Shown here: in pieces, positions 8,542 to 17,261 of the stretch | How the letters are laid out: each line of letters begins with the position of its first letter | Numbering within the stretch: position 1 is the first letter of the stretch | DNA from: an uncultured Lachnospiraceae bacterium | Lineage (GTDB): Bacteria; Bacillota; Clostridia; Oscillospirales; CAG-272 | Reading direction: 5' to 3' | Assembly: GCA_964569225.1 (NCBI GenBank) | Contig: CAZMTU010000003.1 | Coordinates: 1 to 60,664 of the forward strand | DNA: 60,664 bases | Notes under the pieces: generated by a model | The model's input: only the letters and a program-made list of their open reading frames with translations | The model's database searches: none | What the model was told of the DNA's origin: nothing | Made by a program: the position numbers and the translations under genes

Positions 8542-8585
8542 GTTCCGGCAGTTTTACTGCTTATAAATTAAGGAAGGAAATAACT

Positions 8586-9611
8586 ATGATTGCTGTACTG
8601 AAAAGCGAAACGACCGCTGTACAAAGAGAAAACCTCATTAAATGGCTCACCTCACAGGGACTGCAGGTCCATGTGTCTGAAGGTCAGTTTAAAACTGTGC
8701 TGGGGCTTATTGGAGATACCGCTAAGGTGGATATTGATTTGCTTTCCGGATTGGACATTGTAGAACAGGTCACCCGCATTACCGAACCCTTCAAAAACGC
8801 AAACCGCAAGTTTCATCCGGAAGACAGTATTATTACGCTGCCCACGCCTGATGGCAGCGTATCGGTAGGCGGCGGAGCATTTGCGCTTATTGCGGGTCCC
8901 TGCTCAGTAGAAACGGAAGAACAAATTTGCGGCGTAGCACTGGCAGTCAAAGCCTCCGGCGCTACAATGCTCAGGGGAGGCGCCTTCAAGCCCCGAACCT
9001 CTCCCTACGATTTTCAGGGATTGGGCGCCGAAGGACTGAAGCTACTGCTAAAGGCAAAGAAAGCGTCCGGTCTGCCTATTGTCACTGAATTAATGTCCGC
9101 GGAGCATCTTGACCTTTTTGCCGATGTGGATGTAATCCAAATAGGCGCCCGGAACATGCAGAATTTTGAACTGCTAAAAGAACTTGGACACTGCCGCAAG
9201 CCCATTCTTTTGAAACGGGGACTGTGCGCCACTCTGAAAGAACTGCTGATGAGCGCCGAATACATCATGGCAGGCGGCAATGATCATGTGCTGCTCTGCG
9301 AACGGGGAATCCGTAGCTATGATACTTACACCCGCAATCTGCTGGATCTATCCGCCGTGCCGCTTTTAAAGGAGTTATCCCACCTGCCTGTAATAGTGGA
9401 CCCCTCTCATGCCACCGGCGCCGCCCGACTGGTCAAACCAATGGCGCTGGCAGCCGCAGCCGCAGGCGCTGACGGACTAATGATTGAGGTTCACAACGAC
9501 CCTATTCACGCGCTTTGTGACGGCGCCCAGTCAGTGACCCCGGATCAGTTCGCTGACATCTCCGCCGCCGTTCACGCCGTTCGCGAAGCAGTTGCCGGAG
9601 GCCGGCTATGA
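8586..9611 (+). CDS. aroF: 3-deoxy-7-phosphoheptulonate (DAHP) synthase, type I-beta, with an N-terminal ferredoxin-like/ACT-like regulatory domain
   Basis: 341 aa with AAGGAAGGAAA upstream. About 80 aa of N-terminal extension (MIAVLKSETT..VHVSEG..KTVLGLIGD) precede the KDO8PS-like barrel (GPCSVE, GAFKPRTSPY.FQG, IVDPSH). Confidence 0.9.
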   Translation: MIAVLKSETTAVQRENLIKWLTSQGLQVHVSEGQFKTVLGLIGDTAKVDIDLLSGLDIVEQVTRITEPFKNANRKFHPEDSIITLPTPDGSVSVGGGAFALIAGPCSVETEEQICGVALAVKASGATMLRGGAFKPRTSPYDFQGLGAEGLKLLLKAKKASGLPIVTELMSAEHLDLFADVDVIQIGARNMQNFELLKELGHCRKPILLKRGLCATLKELLMSAEYIMAGGNDHVLLCERGIRSYDTYTRNLLDLSAVPLLKELSHLPVIVDPSHATGAARLVKPMALAAAAAGADGLMIEVHNDPIHALCDGAQSVTPDQFADISAAVHAVREAVAGGRL

Positions 9612-10438
9612 TCGCCGGCATTGTAGGACTGGGACTGATCGGCGGCTCGCTTGCCAAAGCCTACAAAGCGGCTGGCTGGACGGTATACGTCTGCAACCGT
9701 ACCCGCACTACCGCTGATTACGCTATTCTTTCAGGTACCGCCGACGGGATTTTGGACCAGACCACTCTTCCGCTGTGCGATATCGTACATATTTCGCTTT
9801 ATCCTGACGCATCTATTGACTATTTAAATACCAATGCCCCTCACTTTTCAAAAACCGGCATTGTCACAGATGCCTGCGGCACCAAACGCAAGATCTGTGA
9901 AGCGGGCTTTAAACTGGCTGACGAATACGGCTTTACTTTTGTAGGCGGACATCCGATGGCGGGCACTCATTTCTCTGGCTATAAATATTCCCGCGCTACC
10001 ATGTTCAACGGCGCTTCCATGATTTTGGTCCCGCCCGTATTTGATAATATTGAACTGCTGGACCGACTCAAAGCGTTGCTTGCCCCCTTGGGACTGAAAA
10101 AAATTGCTGTCACCACCGCTGAAAATCATGACCGCATGATCGCTTATACCTCTCAACTGGCTCATGTAGTGTCCAACGCCTATATTAAATCTCCCTCCGC
10201 TCAGCAGCACAAGGGATACTCTGCCGGCTCCTTCCGGGATCTCACACGAGTCGCCTGGCTGAACGAAAAAATGTGGACGGAGCTTTTTATGGAAAACGGT
10301 GATTATTTAGCGGACGAAATTGATCTTATTGCCGATAACATGAAAGCCTATTCCGAAGCCATCCGTCAAAAGGACGCCCCTCGCCTGGAAGCATTGCTGC
10401 GGGAAGGCCGCATCGCTAAAGAACAGTCGGACAGCTGA
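9608..10438 (+). CDS. tyrA: Prephenate dehydrogenase
   Basis: ATGA start/stop overlap with aroF. The N-terminal Rossmann motif is IVGLGLIGGSLA, and GGHPMAG is present. Confidence 0.88.
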   Translation: MIAGIVGLGLIGGSLAKAYKAAGWTVYVCNRTRTTADYAILSGTADGILDQTTLPLCDIVHISLYPDASIDYLNTNAPHFSKTGIVTDACGTKRKICEAGFKLADEYGFTFVGGHPMAGTHFSGYKYSRATMFNGASMILVPPVFDNIELLDRLKALLAPLGLKKIAVTTAENHDRMIAYTSQLAHVVSNAYIKSPSAQQHKGYSAGSFRDLTRVAWLNEKMWTELFMENGDYLADEIDLIADNMKAYSEAIRQKDAPRLEALLREGRIAKEQSDS

Positions 10439-10647
10439 CTGCCGCGGCACTATTGGAAGGTGCTGCCACGCGCTTGGCGCTTCTCTTCTTCAAAACATCT
10501 GACCCCGAATACCAAAAAAACGATCTAATCCGCGCAATTCGTTTGATCTATCATACACTTTTGGGAGCAGACATGATTAAGCGGTCAATTTGAAAGAGCG
10601 CCGCCTGCTCTCAAACCTTTTATATAGAAAGTCAGGAGCTGAACTCT

Positions 10648-11694
10648 ATGATTATTCCTGTTAATACCGCCCGCCCCTATGAAGTAATTATCGAACGGGG
10701 CAGTCTTGCCCGGGCAGGCGAGCTGATCCGCCCTCTGCTGGGAAACTGCCGTCTGGGCATTCTTACCGATGACACAGTAAACGAACTTTACGGCGATCAG
10801 CTGGTATCCGCCCTTTCGGCTGCCGGCTATGACGCTGTCAAATATGTGATTCCCCATGGAGAAGCCTCCAAAAATCCGGAACTTCTCTTTGCTTTTCTGA
10901 ATTTTTTGGTGGAAAATCATCTGACCCGTACCGACGCGCTGATTGCGCTGGGCGGCGGCGTAGTAGGCGATATGGCGGGGCTGGCCGCCGCGCTCTTCCT
11001 GCGGGGGGTGAAATTTATTCAGATTCCCACTACGCTGCTGGCAGCGGTAGATTCCTCAGTAGGGGGTAAAACCGCCGTCGATATTCCCGCAGGCAAAAAT
11101 CTGATAGGCGCCTTCTGGCAGCCATCCCTTGTAGTCTGCGATCCCGACACGCTTGCCAGTCTGCCCAAGGATATCCTGCGGGACGGCTGCGCGGAAGTCA
11201 TCAAATACGGCGTTATTCTCGACCGTTCGTTTTTTGACCGGCTAAAAAATCCCCTCCAGCCTCAGCTTGAAGCGGTCATCGCCCGCTGCGTGGAACTGAA
11301 ACGGGATGTGGTAAACCAGGATGAATTCGACACCGGTCTGAGAGGACTTTTGAACTTCGGACACACCTTAGGACACGGCATAGAAAAGGAGTCCCATTTT
11401 TCTGTTTCTCACGGCGCGGCGGTAGCGAAAGGCATGGCGCTGGCCGCCAAACTGGCGGTACACATGAAGCTTTGTCCGCAGGCATGCGCGGACGAGTTGA
11501 CCGAGTTGCTACTGCAATACGGTTTTGATCTGACCTGTCCTTTTACAGCGGATGCGCTCTTTGCCGCTTCTCTCTCCGACAAAAAACGTTCGGGCGATCA
11601 TATTACCCTCGTTTTACCTGAATCCATCGGTCACTGCATTCTGCACAAGCTTCCATGCGTTGAACTGCTGCCAATCTTAAAGGAAATCATTTGA
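10648..11694 (+). CDS. aroB: 3-dehydroquinate synthase
   Basis: AGGAG upstream. Motifs GGGVVGDMAGLAAA, IQIPTTLLA.VDSSVGGKTAVD and FGHT.GHGIE. Confidence 0.92.
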   Translation: MIIPVNTARPYEVIIERGSLARAGELIRPLLGNCRLGILTDDTVNELYGDQLVSALSAAGYDAVKYVIPHGEASKNPELLFAFLNFLVENHLTRTDALIALGGGVVGDMAGLAAALFLRGVKFIQIPTTLLAAVDSSVGGKTAVDIPAGKNLIGAFWQPSLVVCDPDTLASLPKDILRDGCAEVIKYGVILDRSFFDRLKNPLQPQLEAVIARCVELKRDVVNQDEFDTGLRGLLNFGHTLGHGIEKESHFSVSHGAAVAKGMALAAKLAVHMKLCPQACADELTELLLQYGFDLTCPFTADALFAASLSDKKRSGDHITLVLPESIGHCILHKLPCVELLPILKEII

Positions 11695-11735
11695 TTTTAA
11701 AACCTTAAACCAACGGTAAAAAATGAAATAAGAAT

Positions 11736-12062
11736 ATGCGCTTAGTACAAGACGCGGGCAACCGCCCTTGGATATTAATAGCACCTTCAAGAGAGTCCCC
11801 GGTATCCGACATTAAACCTGCCAAAGCATCAGCAGCGCAAAATCAGGTTCACGGAAATCCAAGCTACACTATGACGACCAATATTTCCAAACCTCTCATT
11901 GCAATGGAATTTGGAGATCAAATGAAATTAATTGATAAAAATCACCGTCTATATAAGACAGTAAAGACAGGAAAGCAGACTATAGAAACGTATTTTCTTA
12001 TCGACTCCAAACATATACAATATATTGGAATTTATGCCGAAATGCTTTACGAAAATTTATAG
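11736..12062 (+). CDS. Doubtful orphan ORF inside an AT-rich insert (no recognisable family)
   Basis: 108-aa ORF from the track with no convincing RBS. The second half is strongly AT-rich compared with the flanking aro genes. It may be non-coding. Confidence 0.2.
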   Translation: MRLVQDAGNRPWILIAPSRESPVSDIKPAKASAAQNQVHGNPSYTMTTNISKPLIAMEFGDQMKLIDKNHRLYKTVKTGKQTIETYFLIDSKHIQYIGIYAEMLYENL

Positions 12063-12107
12063 CTATTTTTTACAAGTATACTTATACCGCTTTTATGAAA
12101 GCCGCGA

Positions 12108-12130
12108 AAACTGGAGCGGCGCTCCAGTTT
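12108..12130 (+). terminator. GC-rich hairpin AAACTGGAGC ggc GCTCCAGTTT followed by GGATTT, 37 nt upstream of aroA
   Basis: Perfect 10-bp inverted repeat read from the sequence. Its role (internal terminator, attenuator or processing site) is unknown. Confidence 0.35.
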
Positions 12131-12166
12131 GGATTTCCTCAATACAATCAAACGGAGATATCAAAC

Positions 12167-13492
12167 ATGGATATTCAATTTTCGCCAAGTACGCTGCGGG
12201 GAAACGTGACAGCGCCGGTATCCAAATCGGCAGCCCATCGACTGCTGATTGCCGCCGCGCTGGCAGACCGCCCCACCAAACTGTACTGTCCGGGCAGTAA
12301 TCAGGATATTGACGCCACAATCGCCTGCCTGACGGCGCTGGGCGCCGTCATTGCGCGGCAGGAACAGTGGCTTACTGTTACGCCTATCGCCGGCGGCAAT
12401 CCAGCGTCCGCAGCTCCTGCACTGAACTGCGGGGAAAGCGGCTCTACCCTGCGCTTTTTGCTGCCGGTGGCAGCGGCGCTGGGAAATGCCGTTACCTTTA
12501 TCGGCAGCGGCCGGCTGCCCAGCCGTCCGCTCTCTCCACTGTATGAGGAACTGGCTGCACACGGTGCCAAAATGAGTTTAAACGGACAGATGCCTCTCTC
12601 GGTAAAGGGTCCGCTCTCGCCCGGAAAGTTTACATTAGCTGCCAATGTGTCCTCTCAGTTTGTCAGCGGTCTGCTCTTTGCCCTTCCCTTATTAAATGCA
12701 CCTTCTGAAATCGTACTTACCGGCAAAATTGAAAGCATTCACTACATAGAAATGACCTTGCAAGCCCTTGCCGCCTTTGGCATTAAACCTACCCCAACTG
12801 TCGCCGGATGGTTGTTCAGCGGAAAAGAGCGCTACACCTCTCCCGGTGAACTGAAAGTAGAAGGCGATTGGTCAAACGCCGCCTTTTGGCTTTGCGCGGG
12901 CGCGATCGGCGGCGGTCCGATTACTGTTACCGGCTTGTCCCCTGACTCACTGCAAGGAGATAAATCAGTCACAAACCTCCTCCAACAGTTCGGCGCGGCG
13001 GTCACAGAAACAGACGGCAGCTGTACTGTATCAGCCGCCAATCTGCACAGCATCGACATCGACGGCGCGCAGATTCCCGATCTGATCCCCATTTTGGCGG
13101 TCACTGCTGCCTTTGCGGAAGGAAGCACTACCTTCCGGAATATCGGCCGCCTGCGGCTGAAGGAAAGTGATCGGATAGAAACAGTCCGCGCGCTGCTGGG
13201 CGCCATAGGCGTGAATTGTAAAGCCACTGAAAATGATCTGACGGTCTATGGTCAAAGCGCTTTATCTGCCGCTTTGGGGGAGACAGCTTCCCGCGCTGCC
13301 TGTGAAATTGATTCCTTCAACGATCACCGCATCGCCATGGCCGCGGCAGTGGCGGCTTCCCGCACTCCTTTATCCGTACTGCTCCACGGCGCGGAAGCGG
13401 TGCGTAAATCCTATCCTGATTTTTATGAACGGTTTATATCGCTCGGCGGAATTGCCTGTCAACGCATCGCCGCTGCCGAATCTGACCGGTAA
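12167..13492 (+). CDS. aroA: 3-phosphoshikimate 1-carboxyvinyltransferase (EPSP synthase)
   Basis: Start moved to MDIQFSP, with GGAGA 8 nt upstream. Motifs include APVSKSAAHRLLIAAALA, CGESGSTLRFLLP and LKESDR. Confidence 0.9.
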   Translation: MDIQFSPSTLRGNVTAPVSKSAAHRLLIAAALADRPTKLYCPGSNQDIDATIACLTALGAVIARQEQWLTVTPIAGGNPASAAPALNCGESGSTLRFLLPVAAALGNAVTFIGSGRLPSRPLSPLYEELAAHGAKMSLNGQMPLSVKGPLSPGKFTLAANVSSQFVSGLLFALPLLNAPSEIVLTGKIESIHYIEMTLQALAAFGIKPTPTVAGWLFSGKERYTSPGELKVEGDWSNAAFWLCAGAIGGGPITVTGLSPDSLQGDKSVTNLLQQFGAAVTETDGSCTVSAANLHSIDIDGAQIPDLIPILAVTAAFAEGSTTFRNIGRLRLKESDRIETVRALLGAIGVNCKATENDLTVYGQSALSAALGETASRAACEIDSFNDHRIAMAAAVAASRTPLSVLLHGAEAVRKSYPDFYERFISLGGIACQRIAAAESDR

Positions 13493-13505
13493 AAGGAGAA
13501 TTTAT

Positions 13506-14597
13506 ATGGCTTCCACATTCGGCAAAAATATTCAGATTTCCATTTTCGGGCAATCCCATTCAGCCGCCATCGGCGTTTCGATAGACGGTCTGCCGGCGGG
13601 CGAGTACATCGACCTTGCCGCGCTTCAGGCATTTATGTCCCGCCGAGCACCCGGTCAGGGTGCTTACAGTACCACCCGAAAGGAAGCGGATATTCCCGAG
13701 TTTATCTCCGGTGTGCTGGAAAACGGCGACCGATTGATTACCTGCGGCGCACCGCTGGCAATGATTATCCGCAATACCAACACCCGCTCCTCAGATTACT
13801 CGCTTTTTAAAGATTCTCCTCGTCCGGGTCACGCCGATTACACCGCTGAGCTTCGCTATCACGGCTTTCAGGATGTCCGAGGCGGCGGTCATTTTTCCGG
13901 TCGGCTGACAGCGCCTATCTGTGCCGCCGGCGGTATTTGCGGACAGATCCTTGCCCGCCGAGGCGTTACGATAGGCGCTCACATTTATGCGATCGGCGGC
14001 ATTGCCGATACTCCCTATGACGAGCTGATAAGCGACCCCGTTTGGCTGAAAAAAACCTCTGACGGCTTTCCGGTACTGAATGAAGCCGCGGGAAAAGCAA
14101 TGCTGGAGAAGATTGAAGCTTGCCGAATGGACAGCGACAGCATCGGCGGCATTGTGGAATGCGCGGTAATCGGACTGCCCGCCGGTATCGGTTCCCCCAT
14201 GTTTGACGGAGTGGAAAACAAGCTGGCGCAAATTATTTTTGGCATTCCCGCTGTGAAAGGATTAGAATTCGGCGCAGGATTTACCGCCGCCGCTTTTCGG
14301 GGCAGCGAAAACAATGACGCCTACTATATGGATGACGACACAGTGAAAACACGCACCAACCGTGCAGGGGGCATTTTAGGGGGCATAACTAACGGTATGC
14401 CTCTGATTTTCCGAGTTGCCTTCAAGCCCACTCCCTCTATTTTCCGTCCTCAACAAAGTGTGTCACTGTCTGATCGCTGCGATAAGACGCTGACTGTTGT
14501 CGGACGTCACGATCCCTGCATCGTTCCCCGGGCAGTACCGGTAGTGGAAGCCGCTGCCGCGATTGCCCTGCTCGATCTGCTCTGCGACCAAAATTAA
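13506..14597 (+). CDS. aroC: Chorismate synthase
   Basis: Start at MASTFGKN, with AAGGAGA 7 nt upstream. The longer track ORF overlaps aroA. Motifs FGQSHS, RPGHAD, GGG.FSGR and GRHDPC. Confidence 0.92.
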   Translation: MASTFGKNIQISIFGQSHSAAIGVSIDGLPAGEYIDLAALQAFMSRRAPGQGAYSTTRKEADIPEFISGVLENGDRLITCGAPLAMIIRNTNTRSSDYSLFKDSPRPGHADYTAELRYHGFQDVRGGGHFSGRLTAPICAAGGICGQILARRGVTIGAHIYAIGGIADTPYDELISDPVWLKKTSDGFPVLNEAAGKAMLEKIEACRMDSDSIGGIVECAVIGLPAGIGSPMFDGVENKLAQIIFGIPAVKGLEFGAGFTAAAFRGSENNDAYYMDDDTVKTRTNRAGGILGGITNGMPLIFRVAFKPTPSIFRPQQSVSLSDRCDKTLTVVGRHDPCIVPRAVPVVEAAAAIALLDLLCDQN

Positions 14598-14704
14598 GCT
14601 GGAATTTCAGACATTCCGATTTTAAAACGCTTGAAGTAAAGGGCTTTTTCAAAAAAATGTTTGAAAGACTCGGGGCGAAGCCCCCTATATAAATGGAGAA
14701 TCAC

Positions 14705-15847
14705 ATGGATATTTCACAACTTCGCGATGAAATTAACGGACTCGATGAGGAAATCTGCCGCCTGTTCGTCCGCCGGATGAATGTGGCGCTGGACATTGCC
14801 AAATATAAAAAAGAAAATCACCTTCCGGTGCTTGACGCTTCCCGGGAACGGGCGGTGCTTCAAAAGGTTTCCAAGCTCACCGGTGAAACGCTGGAAGTCT
14901 ACGCCCGCACCCTCTATCAGACCATGCTCGATGTTTCCCGCGCTTATCAGTCCGACCTGATCGGGGAAAAATCGCAGCTAAGTCAAACTGTTCAAGCGCT
15001 GGCCGCAAAAGCGCCTGCCGCCTTTCCCAAACGCGCTACCGTTTCCTGCCAGGGCTGCGAAGGCGCTTATTCTCAGGCTGCCGCCGAAAAGCTGTTTCAA
15101 GCGCCTGAAATTATTTTTCACGCCGACTGGGAGGGAGTGTTTAAATCGGTCAGCGGAGCACTTTCCCAGTACGGTATTCTCCCCATTGAAAATTCCACCG
15201 CAGGCTCGGTCAACCGCATTTATGACCTATTGGCAGAATACAATGTAAGCATTGTTCGCTCGGTACGGCTGAAAATAGATCACAATTTGCTGGCACTGCC
15301 CGGCGCTAAGCTGGAATCCATTCGAGAAATTTACTCCCACGAACAGGCGATCAGTCAGTGCAGCGACCTGCTCTCAAAGTTAAAAAACGCTCACGCCATT
15401 GCCTGCCCCAATACAGCCGTTGCCGCGAAGCAGGTAGCGGAGGGAGGCGATTACACCAAAGCAGCCTTATCCAGCAGACTGTGCGCTGAACTGTACGGAC
15501 TGGTTCCGCTGGTGGAAAACGCTCAAAACAGCGATGCCAATTATACTCGCTTTATCTGTATTGCTAAAGAGCCTCAGATATTCCCCGGCGCCAACCGCAC
15601 CAGTCTGATTATTACCGTATCAAACAAACCCGGCTCGCTTTTCCGTATCCTTTCCCGCTTTAATGCCATCGGTGCTAACCTGATTAAACTTGAAAGCCGC
15701 CCCATTCCCGGCAGGGATTTTGATTTCACCTTCTATTTTGACGTAGAAGAATCGGTACACTCTCCTGAATTTGCCCGTTTACTCTGCGAGCTGGAGCAGG
15801 CAGGCGAAAAATTCCGCTATTTAGGTACTTATTCGGAAGTGATCTAA
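14705..15847 (+). CDS. pheA: Bifunctional chorismate mutase / prephenate dehydratase (P-protein) with a C-terminal ACT domain
   Basis: The AroQ-type CM N-terminus is LR.EI..LD.EI..L...R. The PDT core contains PIENS.AGSV. The ACT-like tail is TSLIITVSNKPGSL. GGAGA lies upstream of the ATG at 14705. Confidence 0.9.
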   Translation: MDISQLRDEINGLDEEICRLFVRRMNVALDIAKYKKENHLPVLDASRERAVLQKVSKLTGETLEVYARTLYQTMLDVSRAYQSDLIGEKSQLSQTVQALAAKAPAAFPKRATVSCQGCEGAYSQAAAEKLFQAPEIIFHADWEGVFKSVSGALSQYGILPIENSTAGSVNRIYDLLAEYNVSIVRSVRLKIDHNLLALPGAKLESIREIYSHEQAISQCSDLLSKLKNAHAIACPNTAVAAKQVAEGGDYTKAALSSRLCAELYGLVPLVENAQNSDANYTRFICIAKEPQIFPGANRTSLIITVSNKPGSLFRILSRFNAIGANLIKLESRPIPGRDFDFTFYFDVEESVHSPEFARLLCELEQAGEKFRYLGTYSEVI

Positions 15848-15887
15848 TCTTTATACGTAGAATTTTACGAAAAGGAAGCGCTTGTAC

Positions 15888-17159
15888 ATGAATTCCAATC
15901 AACATACCTACGGGCTATTGGGGGAGGTCCTCGCCCACAGCTTTTCTCCTCTCATCCACAACCGTTTAGGTAATTCTCATTATGATCTAATCGAGCAAAA
16001 AAAGGAAACGGTTGCCGACTTTTTCAAAGAAAGAGCCTTTTCCGCGATCAATGTAACCATTCCCTATAAAAAGGACGCGCTTGCCGCCTGTGATCGGGTG
16101 TCGCCGCGCGCAGCCGCTATTGGCAGTGTGAACACAGTCGTAAAGGCTGCGAACGGGCAGCTTTCAGGCTACAATACCGACGCCTTCGGCTTTGCTTACC
16201 TGCTGTACCGAAGCGGTATTTCCCCTATGCGCAAAAAATGTCTGGTACTGGGCAGCGGCGGCAGTTCGGTAATGGTGCAGTATATGCTGACAAAAATGGG
16301 AGCTTCTGAAGTAGTTGTCATCTCCCGCAGCGGAGAAAATAACTATAACAATCTCAGCCGCCATGCCGATGCAGGGCTGATCGTTAATACCACCCCAGTA
16401 GGCATGTATCCCAAAACAGGCGCGGCGCCTGTGGAGCTGGACCGTTTTCATAACCTTACCGGCGTAGTAGACCTAATCTACAATCCCGCCCGAACCAAGC
16501 TGCTGCTGGATGCCATGAGACTGTCAATCCCCTGCGCCGATGGACTGCCCATGCTGGTGGCACAAGCTAAGCTGGCGCATCTGCTTTTCTTCGGAAAAAC
16601 GGCAAACGATGACTGTCCGCCTGAAAAGGATAGCGAAATCGAAACCATTACCGCAGAAATCCGCGCCAAAACTATGAATATTTTGCTGGTGGGAATGCCC
16701 TCCTGCGGCAAAAGCACGATCGGTCAGCTGCTCTCCGAAGCCACTGGCAGGGAATTGATTGACACCGATCAAAAAATTGTTCAAATGACCGGCAAATCCA
16801 TTCCAGAACTGTTTGAAGCAGGAGGCGAAGCTTACTTTCGGTCATTGGAACATCAGGTTGCGGAGGAATTTACAAAGCAAAGCGGAAAAATTATTGCTAC
16901 CGGCGGCGGTATCGTCACCCATCCTGAAAATCTCGACCTGCTTCGTCAGAACAGTCTGATTTTCTTCATTAATCGTCCCATTGAACAGCTTTCCACTGAC
17001 GGACGGCCTCTCTCACAATCCAATCGCCTGTCCGACCTGCTGCGCGTCCGTCTTCCTCTTTACCGCAGCGTAGCGCATTATGAAATTCCCTTCACCAGTT
17101 CACCTGAGGTTGCAAATGCAATCCGTAAACGGGTAACTGAACTTGCCAAAAAAATATGA
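15888..17159 (+). CDS. aroE/aroK: Fused shikimate dehydrogenase / shikimate kinase
   Basis: The N-terminal half has SFSP.IHN, NVTIPYK and NTD. The C-terminal half has the P-loop LVGMPSCGKSTIG and DTD. The ATG at 15888 follows AAGGAAG. Confidence 0.88.
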   Translation: MNSNQHTYGLLGEVLAHSFSPLIHNRLGNSHYDLIEQKKETVADFFKERAFSAINVTIPYKKDALAACDRVSPRAAAIGSVNTVVKAANGQLSGYNTDAFGFAYLLYRSGISPMRKKCLVLGSGGSSVMVQYMLTKMGASEVVVISRSGENNYNNLSRHADAGLIVNTTPVGMYPKTGAAPVELDRFHNLTGVVDLIYNPARTKLLLDAMRLSIPCADGLPMLVAQAKLAHLLFFGKTANDDCPPEKDSEIETITAEIRAKTMNILLVGMPSCGKSTIGQLLSEATGRELIDTDQKIVQMTGKSIPELFEAGGEAYFRSLEHQVAEEFTKQSGKIIATGGGIVTHPENLDLLRQNSLIFFINRPIEQLSTDGRPLSQSNRLSDLLRVRLPLYRSVAHYEIPFTSSPEVANAIRKRVTELAKKI

Positions 17160-17261
17160 TTTTTTCTGTTACATGCGCCAGTCCTGATTTTAGTTAATAA
17201 AGCATTGCTAAAAAGGGAGGGCACGCCTATTACATACCATTTATTTCAGGGAGGCAATATC

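Noticed and set aside
8365-8585. Possibility that the aroF leader is a T-box or another known riboswitch
   Set aside because: I could not find the conserved T-box 14-mer (..GGTGGTACCGCG-like) or the AGAGA/specifier-loop elements. The leader is short and contains a translatable aromatic-rich ORF instead. A covariance-model scan is still needed to exclude this formally.
12095-12166. Upstream ATG giving a 24-residue longer AroA
   Set aside because: It has no RBS and the extension would be translated through the strong hairpin. GGAGA precedes the ATG at 12167, and MDIQFSPS..LRG matches typical EPSPS N-termini.
13248-13505. Long N-terminal extension of the aroC ORF overlapping aroA
   Set aside because: The extension overlaps the aroA 3' end in another frame. 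AAGGAGA sits 7 nt before the ATG at 13506, and MASTFG.. is the canonical chorismate synthase start.
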